NCBI GenBank assembly: GCA_023266055.1
Contig: JAHFRW010000009.1
Span: forward strand, 2,709 to 66,708
DNA: 64,000 bases
Source of the DNA: Gammaproteobacteria bacterium
GTDB taxonomy: Bacteria; Pseudomonadota; Gammaproteobacteria; Ga0077554; Ga007554
Direction: 5' to 3'
Part shown: in pieces, positions 9,917 through 19,558 of the stretch
Position numbering within the stretch: the stretch's first letter is position 1
Layout of the letters: every line of letters begins with the position of its first letter
Program-made: the position numbers and the translations under genes
The notes under the pieces: generated by a model
What the model was told of the DNA's origin: nothing
Database searches by the model: none
What the model saw: only the letters and a program-made list of their open reading frames with translations

Positions 9917-10879
9917 GTGAAACCAAATCCCTTTACAATCCATTCACTTTGGTCGAACACCACATTGCAACGGTGGGTAAGCATTGCCATTTTCATCGGG
10001 TTTGTAGTACTGGTGGAATACTATTTTGGCTGGGGCCGCCTGCTCGCCCCATGGCAAACACTGTCTGCCGGTCAAATATTCGCCGCCACAGGATTGACAT
10101 TCGTCAGTTATTGGACACGTGCCATGCGTTTATATGACTATTTTCGTCAGGACATGCACTGTGCATTTGGGCTATGCTTCAAGGTATCGCTGCAACATAA
10201 CCTGCTGAACAACCTGTTGCCCATGCGCACCGGCGAGATCAGCTTTCCCGTACTGATGACTCGCCACTTTGCCATACCCATGACGCGTTCAATACCCGCC
10301 CTGCTGTGGTTCCGATTGCTGGATTTGCACACTTTAGGTGCCTGCGCCCTGTTTGCCGTCTTCGGAGGAGCACTGGACACATGGCCAGGTATAATAACTA
10401 CCTTCACCCTGCTATCCGCATGGATGCTGCTGCCACTGCTGCTGTTCTGGGGACAGGGGCGCTGGCAACGTACCTTGCAGAAAAAACCGGCAACCCATCG
10501 ATTTCACGGGTTGTTGCAAAAAATTCTGAGCAGCCTGCCCCAAACCTCAGGTGACTTTTGGCGCGCCTGGGCGTGGACGGTGACCACCTGGGTCGTGAAA
10601 CTGGGAGTATTCGCCTGGATGTTTATGTTATTTGTGGATATCTCACCGACCGCCGCATTAATGGGCACCATCGCGGGTGATCTCACCAGCGTCCTGCCCA
10701 TCCATGGCGTGGCAGGCATGGGCACCTATGAAGCGGGCGTGGTTGCCGGCGTGTTGCCGTATGGCGTCACACCGCAAAATGCAGTACCCGCAGCCATTAA
10801 CCTGCATCTGTTTTTGCTGGCCTCAACCTTGATTGGCGGTGGTATCAGCCTGTTCCTTGGCGGGAAGAAAAAACCATGA
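9917..10879 (+). CDS. UPF0104 / lysylphosphatidylglycerol-synthase-TM-region-like ('flippase-like') membrane protein
   Basis: 320 aa polytopic membrane protein; first gene of a translationally coupled operon with a PAP2 phosphatase and two glycosyltransferases. Confidence 0.7.
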   Translation: MKPNPFTIHSLWSNTTLQRWVSIAIFIGFVVLVEYYFGWGRLLAPWQTLSAGQIFAATGLTFVSYWTRAMRLYDYFRQDMHCAFGLCFKVSLQHNLLNNLLPMRTGEISFPVLMTRHFAIPMTRSIPALLWFRLLDLHTLGACALFAVFGGALDTWPGIITTFTLLSAWMLLPLLLFWGQGRWQRTLQKKPATHRFHGLLQKILSSLPQTSGDFWRAWAWTVTTWVVKLGVFAWMFMLFVDISPTAALMGTIAGDLTSVLPIHGVAGMGTYEAGVVAGVLPYGVTPQNAVPAAINLHLFLLASTLIGGGISLFLGGKKKP

Positions 10880-11472
10880 ATGAAACCCTACTGCTATGGA
10901 TCAATCAGGGATGGGCACATCCCTGGCTCGACCTGTTTTTTGAGTGGATTTCGCAACGCGGCAGCTTCAGCTTTCCACTGCTGGGATTGTTACTGGTCTT
11001 TTATGGCTGGCGTTTCAAACAGGATGGCGCAAAACTGTGGCTGATGATGATACTAATCATCGGCATAGGCGACGGGCTGGGTAATATCATCAAACACAGC
11101 ACCGAACAATTACGCCCCTGCAATGCCCAACCCGAGCTGGTTCGCCAAATCGGCGCGCCGCCCAACACCCCGTGTGGCAGCGCCCCGAATGGCATGCCGT
11201 CCAATCACGCACTCAATTTTTTTGCGGTTGCCACCTTCCTGAGCATCATCCTGCGCTCACGGGCGTGGACAGCCAGTTTATTCATATTAGCGCTGCTGGT
11301 GAGCATCTCACGCATCTATTTAGGCAAGCATTATCCCCTGCAAGTGCTCGCAGGTGCTACGATTGGCACAATATTAGGCTTTCTTGCCGCCTGGATTGGG
11401 TTAAAATATATGGAATTTATACAACGTATCCAATCCCGGGCCATCTTACGGAACACAAAGCCTTACCCATGA
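10876..11472 (+). CDS. PAP2-family phosphatase (lipid phosphate phosphatase; LpxE/LpxF-like candidate)
   Basis: KHSTEQLRP...PSNHA motifs (PAP2 signature KxxxxxxRP / PSGH-like); 4-nt overlaps with both neighbouring genes. Confidence 0.8.
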   Translation: MNETLLLWINQGWAHPWLDLFFEWISQRGSFSFPLLGLLLVFYGWRFKQDGAKLWLMMILIIGIGDGLGNIIKHSTEQLRPCNAQPELVRQIGAPPNTPCGSAPNGMPSNHALNFFAVATFLSIILRSRAWTASLFILALLVSISRIYLGKHYPLQVLAGATIGTILGFLAAWIGLKYMEFIQRIQSRAILRNTKPYP

Positions 11473-12662
11473 CAACCATAGAACCCAAAATACGACCACC
11501 AGGGATGGTGGTCGCTCCCGGTGTCCTGCCTCCCGCGACACTTGTGCATCCGTGCACGGCGGAAGTGCCGGAAATGCACGATTCCATGGAAGGAGGAGGT
11601 AGAGCATTGCAAGGAACAAATGCTGAGGAGTCGCTTTCCGACCCGCCGCATACGCTACACCCCCCTTCCCCGCATCGGCTTTCGATTGTCATCCCGATGT
11701 ACAATGAAGAGTTGAGCGTTGCCCCAATGGTGGCACGTGTCCATGAAATACTTCAGGATTACACCTATCGATGGGAATTGATCCTGGTCAATGACGGTAG
11801 CGCCGATAATACCGAACACCAGATGAAACATGCTCAGCAGGAATATGGCGCGCATGTACGGGTTGTCAATTTACAACGTAACTTCGGCCAGACAGCCGCC
11901 ATGCAGGCAGGCATTGATACCGCCCGTGGCGACATCATTGCCATGCTCGACGGCGACCTGCAAAATGACCCGATCGACATCCCACGCATGGTAGAACGTC
12001 TGATCAACGAAGATCTTGATCTGGTATCAGGCTGGCGCAAAGACCGCAAGGATGGTTTGTGGCTGCGCAAAGTACCTTCCTGGCTCGCCAACCGGCTGAT
12101 TGGCCGCATCACCCAGGTACATTTGCACGACTACGGTTGTAGTCTCAAGGTATTCCGTGCCCATGTACTGAAAAGTGTGCGGCTCTACGGAGAAATGCAT
12201 CGTTTCATTCCGGCGTGGCTGGCATCCAGTACTTCACCGGCACGTATCAAGGAAGAAATTGTGACTCACCATGCACGCCAGTTCGGTGAATCCAAATACG
12301 GCATCTCGCGTGCATTCCGCGTCATTCTCGATTTGCTTTCAGTGTACTTTTTCATGCGCTACAAAAGCCGCCCCGGACACTTTTTTGGCAAAATCGGTTT
12401 CATCTTTGGCGCGCTGGGCACCGCCATCCTCGGCCACCTGTTTTTTGTAAAAGTGTTTCTGGGTGAAAACATCGGTGCGCGACCCTTGCTGATGATCGGC
12501 GTATTATTCATGGTCGTTGCAGTGCAGCTCTTTACCACCGGCGTACTCAGTGAAATGATGTCGCGCACTTACTTTGAATCAAGCAATACCCAATCCTATA
12601 TTGTACGTAACAAGGAAGCCGTGGCCAACGTCTCCGACGCGGACTGGAAACGGCCCGTGTGA
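11469..12662 (+). CDS. GT2 polyprenyl-phosphate glycosyltransferase (ArnC/GtrB/DPM1-like)
   Basis: LSIVIPMYNEE...VNDGSADNT...DGDLQNDP motifs with C-terminal TM helices, like ArnC. The true start is probably downstream (ATG 11574/11586, or TTG 11607 preceded by GGAGGAGG), because the first ~35 codons are the repeat element D. Confidence 0.85.
   Translation: MTTIEPKIRPPGMVVAPGVLPPATLVHPCTAEVPEMHDSMEGGGRALQGTNAEESLSDPPHTLHPPSPHRLSIVIPMYNEELSVAPMVARVHEILQDYTYRWELILVNDGSADNTEHQMKHAQQEYGAHVRVVNLQRNFGQTAAMQAGIDTARGDIIAMLDGDLQNDPIDIPRMVERLINEDLDLVSGWRKDRKDGLWLRKVPSWLANRLIGRITQVHLHDYGCSLKVFRAHVLKSVRLYGEMHRFIPAWLASSTSPARIKEEIVTHHARQFGESKYGISRAFRVILDLLSVYFFMRYKSRPGHFFGKIGFIFGALGTAILGHLFFVKVFLGENIGARPLLMIGVLFMVVAVQLFTTGVLSEMMSRTYFESSNTQSYIVRNKEAVANVSDADWKRPV
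11538..11632. repeat. Structured repeat element, copy D (partial), between the PAP2 gene and the ArnC-like gene; it supplies the GGAGGAGG Shine-Dalgarno
   Basis: cacttgtgcatccg ... aagtgccgg ... cacgattccatggaaggaggaggtagagca plus a stem-loop gcattg/caaatgc with a bulge in the same position as in A and C. Confidence 0.4.
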
Positions 12663-14140
12663 GCGGGTGGGCGGGCGGAAAGCTGCATCGACACGGCTGT
12701 GCAACGGATGCAGGTGCCTTAGCCCTGCTTATCCTCGCCCTGCTGGGCTTCAAGGCCTGGCTCACCCAGACGGCGGGTTTCGACCTGCATTACGACGAAG
12801 CCCAATACTGGGAATGGTCACAGCAGCTCGACTGGAGTTACTACTCCAAAGGCCCGTTACTCGCCTGGTTGATCGCACTCGCTGAAACCCTGTTCGGCCA
12901 TGGCGAATGGCAGGTACGCCTGTTTGGCTGGCTTGCCCATGGCATCCTGCTGGCACTGGTCTTTTTCTTTGCCCACGATGTATGGGGCAACCGCCGGGCC
13001 GCCTGGTGGGCCACGATCATCACCCTGTTCACGCCGCTGTATTTCACTCTCGGCATGGTGATGTCTACTGACATCTTCCTCTTCACCTGCTGGACCTGGG
13101 GATTATGGGCCATCTATCGTGCGCTCTTCAGGACTCAACCCTGGGCATGGTATGAAGCAGGGGCCGCCATCGGCATCGGCGCCCTGACCAAACTCAGCAT
13201 CGGCCTGCTGCCGTTCTTTGCGGGCCTGCTGATTATATTCACCCCCGCGCTACGTCATCACCTGAAAAACCCGCACGTATGGGGCGGCGTGGCGGTATTG
13301 TTGGCCCTCATGAGCCCGGTACTCTTCTGGAACGCCACGCACAACTGGGTAATGTTCCGCCACGAAATGGGGCATGTACAAGGCAGTGGCTCGAATCAAT
13401 ATCTGCATCTACTACCCGATTTCATCGCCGGACAATTCATGGCACTATCACCCGTGGTGGCGGCACTCGCCATCAGCGTGTTGTGGCGACGTCCGACGCT
13501 CCCGGACCAACGTTTTTTATGGTGGCTGGCACTGTGCTGGATCGGCTTTTTCGCCTTCAAGGCACTCAGCGCCAAGGTACAGATTAACTGGCCCGCACCC
13601 AGCTACATTGGCCTGCTGATACTGTTCGCCGGACACATCCCGGCGTTTTCCCACCTCAAACGGCGTCTGCTATACACGGGCATAGTACTGGCGACGGCAC
13701 TCATGGGCATCGCCTACTTCCCGCATAAATTTGGCCTGGGTGATCCTTTCAAAGACACCAAGGCATGGCAGCAGCCCATTACCGCGCTGGCCACACACAC
13801 CCCCGACAATGATTTTATTTTAACAGAATCCTACGCCATGGCCGGCGAACTGGCCTTTTACTGGCCACGTCGCGTACCCGTATATGTCACTGGCAACAGT
13901 GGCCGACGTTTTAATCAACACGATCTCTGGCCCAGCATCGACCGGGAAGCGGGTCGTAACGCCATTTTTGTCAGCAGCAACCCGCAACCCCCTCCACAAC
14001 TCACCCAAGCCTTTGACGAATGCACCGCCCTGCCCCCCATTGCAGCGCGCGCCGCCGATGGCCGGGTACTGCGCACCTTCTATGGAAGCACGTGCAAAAA
14101 TTACCGCCCGATTGCCTGGCCGGTGCCTGGGTCATATTAG
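12659..14140 (+). CDS. GT39-family glycosyltransferase (ArnT/PMT-like; transfers a sugar from undecaprenyl-phosphate carrier to lipid A or another periplasmic acceptor)
   Basis: 493 aa polytopic protein with an ArnT-like N-terminal region (YDEAQYWEWSQQLDWSYYSKGPLLAWLIA); GTG start overlaps the GT2 stop codon. Confidence 0.85.
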   Translation: MSGWAGGKLHRHGCATDAGALALLILALLGFKAWLTQTAGFDLHYDEAQYWEWSQQLDWSYYSKGPLLAWLIALAETLFGHGEWQVRLFGWLAHGILLALVFFFAHDVWGNRRAAWWATIITLFTPLYFTLGMVMSTDIFLFTCWTWGLWAIYRALFRTQPWAWYEAGAAIGIGALTKLSIGLLPFFAGLLIIFTPALRHHLKNPHVWGGVAVLLALMSPVLFWNATHNWVMFRHEMGHVQGSGSNQYLHLLPDFIAGQFMALSPVVAALAISVLWRRPTLPDQRFLWWLALCWIGFFAFKALSAKVQINWPAPSYIGLLILFAGHIPAFSHLKRRLLYTGIVLATALMGIAYFPHKFGLGDPFKDTKAWQQPITALATHTPDNDFILTESYAMAGELAFYWPRRVPVYVTGNSGRRFNQHDLWPSIDREAGRNAIFVSSNPQPPPQLTQAFDECTALPPIAARAADGRVLRTFYGSTCKNYRPIAWPVPGSY

Positions 14141-14497
14141 GATGCTTTGGCAGATGGAAAAAACCCCTGTCATTATTTGAGCATTATCCGCAAAACATTG
14201 ACTTCCACCTTTACCAGTGCCTAAACTTGCACTAAGCGCGTCATTAGAAAACTTGCCGCCACTCATTCATTGACCGTCGTTTTCTTCAACGCAGTTACAA
14301 CACAACAACCGCCTGAAACACACGGAGATACAGTACCGGGGTATTTTTCGTTTATGACTCATCACACCCTCACGCGCAGAAAACACCGGCCATCCATGAA
14401 CCATTACGGAGGAAATCTTGCCGTACGTTTTTAACATCGACACACATAACCCGTAAAACAGTCCACCCGATTCTCAACCATTAGGAAGGAACCCGAT

Positions 14498-15517
14498 ATG
14501 CAGATCAAGAAGGATATAAGAACCTATTCAACATCTCGATCCATGGCGTGCGTTCTCATGATATTCGGCGTACAGGACGCCATGGCAGATGCTAATGAAG
14601 TGACACCTGTACAAGTGATCGACGCCATTGAGGCGACGTTTGGTGTGACCCCCGGTGAGCGTCGTAATCACACCAAGGGAACGTGTGCCGTGGGTGAATT
14701 TGTTGGCACTAAAGACATCACCAGATTCAGTCGTTCCGCACTCTTCTCCGGCAAACAAATCCCGGTAATCGCACGTTTCTCATTGGCAGGCGGCAACCCC
14801 AAGGCACCGGACACCGCAAAGAGCGGGCGCGGCATGGCACTGGAATTCAAATTGCCTGACGGTACCCTGCATCACATGACCATGCTTAATACCCCGATGT
14901 TCGGCGCGGCACAACCACGCACTTTTTTGGATTTCATGGTAGCGATAAAACCGGATCCGGCAACGGGCAAACCGGACTCGGAACGTATCAAAGACTTCAA
15001 GGCCAGCCATCCAGACAGTAAGGCACAGGCCGATTTCATGTCTCACAATAACCCCCCCACCAGTTACGCCAACAGCGCGTATTTTGGCATTCACACCTTC
15101 AAGTTCATCAATCAGAAAGATCAAACCACATTGGTGCGTTGGCACTTTGTTCCACAGGACGGTGAAAAGCAACTGGACGAGGCCGCGCTCATGTCAGCAC
15201 CCGCGAATTTTCTTGAATCCGCACTCATCAAACGAACCGCACAAAGTGCCGCCAAATGGGACATGATAATAACGCTGGGTGAACCAGATGACGCGCAGGA
15301 TGACCCGACCATGACATGGCCCTCGACCCGCAAGCAAATCAAGGCGGGAACCCTGAGCATTACCGAAGCCATGCCACAAAAAGGCGCCAGTTGTGAAAAA
15401 ATCAACTTTGACCCCTTGGTGATAAGCGACGGTGTTGCAGCCACCCAGGACCCGATACTGTTGTTCCGCTCCCCGGCATACGCTATTTCATCTTCCAAAC
15501 GGCTCAGCGGCCAGTAA
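14498..15517 (+). CDS. Catalase-related peroxidase (catalase-like haem domain, SrpA-type), secreted
   Basis: 339 aa with a signal peptide; catalase-related core (RFSLAGGNPKAPDT..., HTFKFINQ). Confidence 0.75.
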   Translation: MQIKKDIRTYSTSRSMACVLMIFGVQDAMADANEVTPVQVIDAIEATFGVTPGERRNHTKGTCAVGEFVGTKDITRFSRSALFSGKQIPVIARFSLAGGNPKAPDTAKSGRGMALEFKLPDGTLHHMTMLNTPMFGAAQPRTFLDFMVAIKPDPATGKPDSERIKDFKASHPDSKAQADFMSHNNPPTSYANSAYFGIHTFKFINQKDQTTLVRWHFVPQDGEKQLDEAALMSAPANFLESALIKRTAQSAAKWDMIITLGEPDDAQDDPTMTWPSTRKQIKAGTLSITEAMPQKGASCEKINFDPLVISDGVAATQDPILLFRSPAYAISSSKRLSGQ

Positions 15518-15547
15518 AAACACCCCATAATGTCCCGCTCCACCCCA

Positions 15548-15580
15548 CCTCATCCCAGACCGCAATGTCTGGGATGAGGC
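15548..15580 (+). terminator. 13-bp perfect-stem hairpin downstream of the catalase-related gene (terminator-like, no T tract)
   Basis: cctcatcccagac-cgcaat-gtctgggatgagg seen directly. Confidence 0.3.
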
Positions 15581-15729
15581 ACCTGTGCAAACCCTACCGC
15601 TAACCGCTATTTATAACACCCTGCAAATATGGCAGAATGCTTGGTTGATCGCGGCAGAGCGGCCAAGGCTTGAACTTGCCGCTTTCGGCCCCATCTAAGC
15701 AATTGTGTGTTTAACCTGTGGAGTTTTGA

Positions 15730-16620
15730 ATGAAGCGCATCCTGTTATTTTTGGCAACCAACATTGCAGTACTGGTGATATTGAGCATTTCCATGCGACT
15801 GCTGGGCATCGAAGGCATCCTTGACAAACAAGGCGTTGATTTAAATATGAATTCTCTGTTGATTTATGCAGCCATCATCGGCATGAGTGGCTCATTTATT
15901 TCGCTGGCAATATCCAAATGGACCGCCAAACGCATGATGGGTGCGCGGGTCATTGAACAACCCGCCAATGCCACTGAAAAATGGCTGGTGGATACGGTAC
16001 GCCGTCAGGCAGAAAAAGCCGGCATCGGCATGCCCGAGGTTGCCATTTTCGACTCACCCGATGTCAACGCCTTTGCCACGGGCATGCGCCGTAATAACGC
16101 CCTGGTGGCCGTCAGCACCGGATTATTGCGCGCCATGGACCAGGATGAAGCCGAAGCGGTGCTGGCACATGAAGTGAGCCACATCGCCAATGGTGACATG
16201 ATTACCCTGGCCCTGATTCAGGGCGTGGTAAATACTTTTGTAATCGTACTATCTCGCGTAATTGGCCATTTTGTAGACCGCGTGATATTCAAAACCGAAC
16301 GGGGTCATGGCCCTGCTTTCTGGGTCACGGCCATTGTTGCGGAATTGGTGCTGGGAGTGCTAGCCAGCATCATCGTAATGTGGTTCAGCCGTCGCCGCGA
16401 ATTCCGTGCCGATGCAGGTGGCGCCAGCCTGGCCAGCCGTGACAAAATGATTGCGGCGCTTGAGCGTTTGAAACAGGGCGTAAACCAGCCTCATCTGCCC
16501 GATCAAATGGCCGCGCTTGGCATTTCGGGCGGCATTGGACATGGCCTCAAACGCCTGTTTATGACCCACCCGCCTCTGGAAGAGCGGATTGCCGCACTGC
16601 GTGCACAGCAACGCCGTTAA
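15730..16620 (+). CDS. htpX: Protease HtpX (M48 zinc metalloprotease)
   Basis: [10 protein letters not shown] zinc motif; four TM segments; 296 aa; strong N-terminal similarity to HtpX. Confidence 0.9.
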   Translation: MKRILLFLATNIAVLVILSISMRLLGIEGILDKQGVDLNMNSLLIYAAIIGMSGSFISLAISKWTAKRMMGARVIEQPANATEKWLVDTVRRQAEKAGIGMPEVAIFDSPDVNAFATGMRRNNALVAVSTGLLRAMDQDEAEAVLAHEVSHIANGDMITLALIQGVVNTFVIVLSRVIGHFVDRVIFKTERGHGPAFWVTAIVAELVLGVLASIIVMWFSRRREFRADAGGASLASRDKMIAALERLKQGVNQPHLPDQMAALGISGGIGHGLKRLFMTHPPLEERIAALRAQQRR

Positions 16621-16721
16621 GGCGCCTAAAGAAACACTGTGTGCCGCCGATGACATCACAGGGAACTCGGCGTATACCGCGCTCATTTAATAACGCGGTG
16701 AATAACAAAAGGATGACACAC

Positions 16722-17291
16722 ATGGCGATGACAGACATTATTATCCGGCAGGAAACAACAGCTGACGCCGCTGCAATTAATATTGTAAACATCAGCGCCT
16801 TTGAAGGAGAGGCCGAGGCAAAACTGGTAACAGCACTGCGACAATCCAGGAGCTTCATCCCGGATTTGTCGTTAGTGGCTGACATTGATGGCCGTGTTGT
16901 TGGGCATATCCTGCTGTCCCGGATACACCTGAAGCATTCTGCAAATGAAACGGACGCCCTGGCACTGGCGCCCGTTGCCGTGGTTCCTTCCCAATCTCAC
17001 CGTGGCATTGGCTCAGCCTTGGTGCGCGCGGCAATTACCAAGGCAACAAGCCTGGGTGAAAGCGCCATCATCGTCGTGGGGCACCCCCCTTTCTATACCC
17101 GATTCAATTTTGACAGTGTGACCCGGTGGAAACTGCAGCACTCCTTACCCGTACCCACTGAAGCAATCCAGGCACTGGAATTACAAAAGGGTACGTTTAA
17201 TGGCGGCAGCACCATCCATTATTCCCATCCCCTGCTACAGTTTTTTCAGCACGGCGGCGGCGCAGGTTCGTTAAGCCGCAGCCCGGAATAA
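16722..17291 (+). CDS. GNAT family N-acetyltransferase
   Basis: Acetyl-CoA-binding region (RGIGSALVRAAITKA); start chosen at ATG 16722, which has an AAAGGA upstream. Confidence 0.75.
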   Translation: MAMTDIIIRQETTADAAAINIVNISAFEGEAEAKLVTALRQSRSFIPDLSLVADIDGRVVGHILLSRIHLKHSANETDALALAPVAVVPSQSHRGIGSALVRAAITKATSLGESAIIVVGHPPFYTRFNFDSVTRWKLQHSLPVPTEAIQALELQKGTFNGGSTIHYSHPLLQFFQHGGGAGSLSRSPE

Positions 17292-17691
17292 CCTCAGCAA
17301 TCACCTTTTTATAAAATTATAAAAAATTTAGCGGTCAAATGATAAAAGTGCCATCCATTCCAAACCAATCTCATCCCGTCATCGGGGATGGGAAAACTTG
17401 GTCGCATCCAAACCCACGTTCGGGGTAGCGTGCAACCCCTGAATATCCGTCAGGCCGCGCAAGAAAATATTCATACTGTAAGCCATTGGGGCATATTGAC
17501 AGTGAAATATCTTTTTGGGGTGCTTAATTGTCGGCACAATGTCGTACGGCTCTGGAAATTTGATTTTCGAAATAAGAGAAACTTTCTATCCAAACATCAA
17601 TTTCACTTCCTTCACTGCGCGGCCTTTTCGCGCAGCGTCTAACGACTGAAGGGAGCGAGGTTGAGCATAGTGTTAGCGCCCCACTCGCATA

Positions 17692-18630
17692 CTATTTGCA
17701 TTGGTTAATTTCCACCGTTACATGAACGATTTCTTCGTGGATGGAAAGCGCCGTTTTTACACGCTCAGGGGTGAGCGCCGGGTCATGCGTTACAACTACC
17801 AATGCCACAGAATATGCGCCCTTTCCAACTCTCCACACGTGCAGGTCAGACAATATAGAACCGTCATTATTAAAATCTTTCTCCATCACCTCCCGTATTT
17901 CTTCAACCACTCCATGATCCATTTCGCGGTCCAGCAAAACTTTTCCAGTTTCAACTATTAGGCCACGCGCCCAGACAATGATCAGTCCTGCACCGACGAT
18001 GCCCATAACAGGATCAAGCCAAGCCCAACCGTATAACCATCCACCGGCAAGGGCGACAATTGCCAGCACTGATGTTGCCGCATCAGCGATTACATGAAGA
18101 TAGGCTGATTTCAAATTAAGGTCATGATGGCCATGAGTGTGATCGTGGCTTTCGTGAGCGTGGTCATGGTGAGGATGTGCGCCACCTAGGATATATGCAC
18201 ATAAAAGGTTTACCGCCAAACCAATGACTGCAACAAACATTGCTTCTTGGTAGTGAATTGGTTTTGGTGATATGAGGCGATCAACGGAGCCAAACACCAT
18301 AACGGCGGCCACGCATAACAACAGAATGGCGCTGGTATAGCCGGCCAATATTTCAATTTTCCACGTGCCAAATGCAAAACATGGATCACGGGCATAGCGC
18401 CTAGCCGCAACGTACGCGAACGCACTTAAACCTAGAGCTAGCGCATGTGAACTCATGTGCCAACCGTCTGCCAGCAGCGCCATGGAGTTGTACCACCAGC
18501 CTCCAGCAATCTCGATCACCATCATGACCAAGGTGATCCACATCACGGCCTTAGCACCGCGTTCTGCCAAATGATTTCCCGTGTCAAACACATGATCGTG
18601 CTGCCACTTTGAAAGATCGTGGGTGTGCAT
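17692..18630 (-). CDS. Cation diffusion facilitator family metal exporter (CzcD/ZitB-like) with His-rich loop
   Basis: Six TM helices; HPHHDHAHESHDHTHGHHD loop; C-terminal CDF dimerisation domain; AT-rich relative to flanks. Confidence 0.9.
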   Translation of the reverse strand: MHTHDLSKWQHDHVFDTGNHLAERGAKAVMWITLVMMVIEIAGGWWYNSMALLADGWHMSSHALALGLSAFAYVAARRYARDPCFAFGTWKIEILAGYTSAILLLCVAAVMVFGSVDRLISPKPIHYQEAMFVAVIGLAVNLLCAYILGGAHPHHDHAHESHDHTHGHHDLNLKSAYLHVIADAATSVLAIVALAGGWLYGWAWLDPVMGIVGAGLIIVWARGLIVETGKVLLDREMDHGVVEEIREVMEKDFNNDGSILSDLHVWRVGKGAYSVALVVVTHDPALTPERVKTALSIHEEIVHVTVEINQCK

Positions 18631-18889
18631 GTTTATAAACTCCAGTCAGAAACTCAGGGTTGCGCATTCAATTCACGTCGAACTTGCTTTGGGCGCTAAC
18701 GTAACGAAATTGAGCGACGCTCGCAGCACATAATGCCAAGGAAGATATGAAAAGCTTCCTTTTCTGCATCCGACCTGCATGGGTGCAGAACCGCTACTCT
18801 GGCAGCAGGCCAGAGAGCGGCTATGCCCTCGTCGGCAACCGTTCTCTGCATCGCCCTACCTTCTCCATCCGTGGCGTCAGGCGAGGTTA

Positions 18890-19162
18890 TTATTTTGTTA
18901 AAATTAACTTTCCATTACTGGTCAATCGCAAACGATATTCTTCACCTGCATGCTCGATAATCAGCTCACGCAAGCCCTTGAGCAAATCACTGCTGGAAAC
19001 ACGCGGTAACACAGCAGGCATGCGCTCAACTTTACGCACTGGCGGCTCTTCCACTACCGTGCATTCACCGCGCCTCCTCGGCAACTGCTGCTCCGCGGCT
19101 CTTGCGTATTCCGTGCCCGGCGGATGTGTTCTTGTACCTGGATTTTGATCGTCTTCAGTCAT
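18890..19162 (-). CDS. hemP: Hemin uptake protein HemP/HmuP-like small protein
   Basis: C-terminus ...EYRLRLTSNGKLILTK matches the HemP signature (Y.LR.T..GKLILTK). RBS AAGGATGG lies upstream of ATG 19162. A Fur-box promoter sits immediately upstream. Confidence 0.6.
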   Translation of the reverse strand: MTEDDQNPGTRTHPPGTEYARAAEQQLPRRRGECTVVEEPPVRKVERMPAVLPRVSSSDLLKGLRELIIEHAGEEYRLRLTSNGKLILTK

Positions 19163-19183
19163 ATATAGCAAACACCATCCTTA

Positions 19184-19220
19184 TTGAGAATGATTATCAT
19201 TTACATATTTAACTTTGTCA
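19184..19220 (-). promoter_or_regulatory. Sigma70 promoter (TTGACA-N17-GATAAT) with overlapping Fur box (AATGATtATCATT); repeat copy X
   Basis: Minus-strand reading cTTGACAaagttaaatatgtaaatGATAATcattctc. The 6-1-6 palindrome AATGAT-T-ATCATT is the Fur box core. Confidence 0.55.
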
Positions 19221-19558
19221 AGAAAATTTTTAAGCGGGGATATTTATATTGTTTTACGATCTCGCGGAACCCCGGAACTGCTCCTGGCAATTCTTGTGCA
19301 TCCCAGCATGTAGCGGTGTGCTCCTGCATTGCCCCACCTTCCGCAGTGGTCGTCTTTGCTCCAGTGATATGCAAGGGGCCTCGTTCCGGCGTGCCGGGAT
19401 CGTGCTGCGCCAAGCGCATACCCGTCGAAATATCCCACAAGAAATAATCAGAATCACCATGCTTCGACGGGCATCTGACAAATTACGGTGAGATGGCCCT
19501 TTGGTTACAATAATTAGGACTCCTTTACATTCTCGCCGGGATCTGATACCGTTTCAAT

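Noticed and set aside
11172-11468. Upstream extension of the GT2 ORF (called from 11172)
   Set aside because: Overlaps the PAP2 gene in another frame; the GT2 domain begins near residue 120 of that translation. Start moved to 11469 or later.
18631-18760. NiCo (czcD) riboswitch in the CDF gene leader
   Set aside because: No conserved four-helix czcD-motif features could be recognised by eye; left unassigned.
19201-19481. Overlapping 60-87-aa ORFs on both strands between hemP and the MarR gene
   Set aside because: They overlap the promoter/Fur-box module and one another; the C-terminal FLTKLNM is simply the translated promoter repeat (also seen at 26439).
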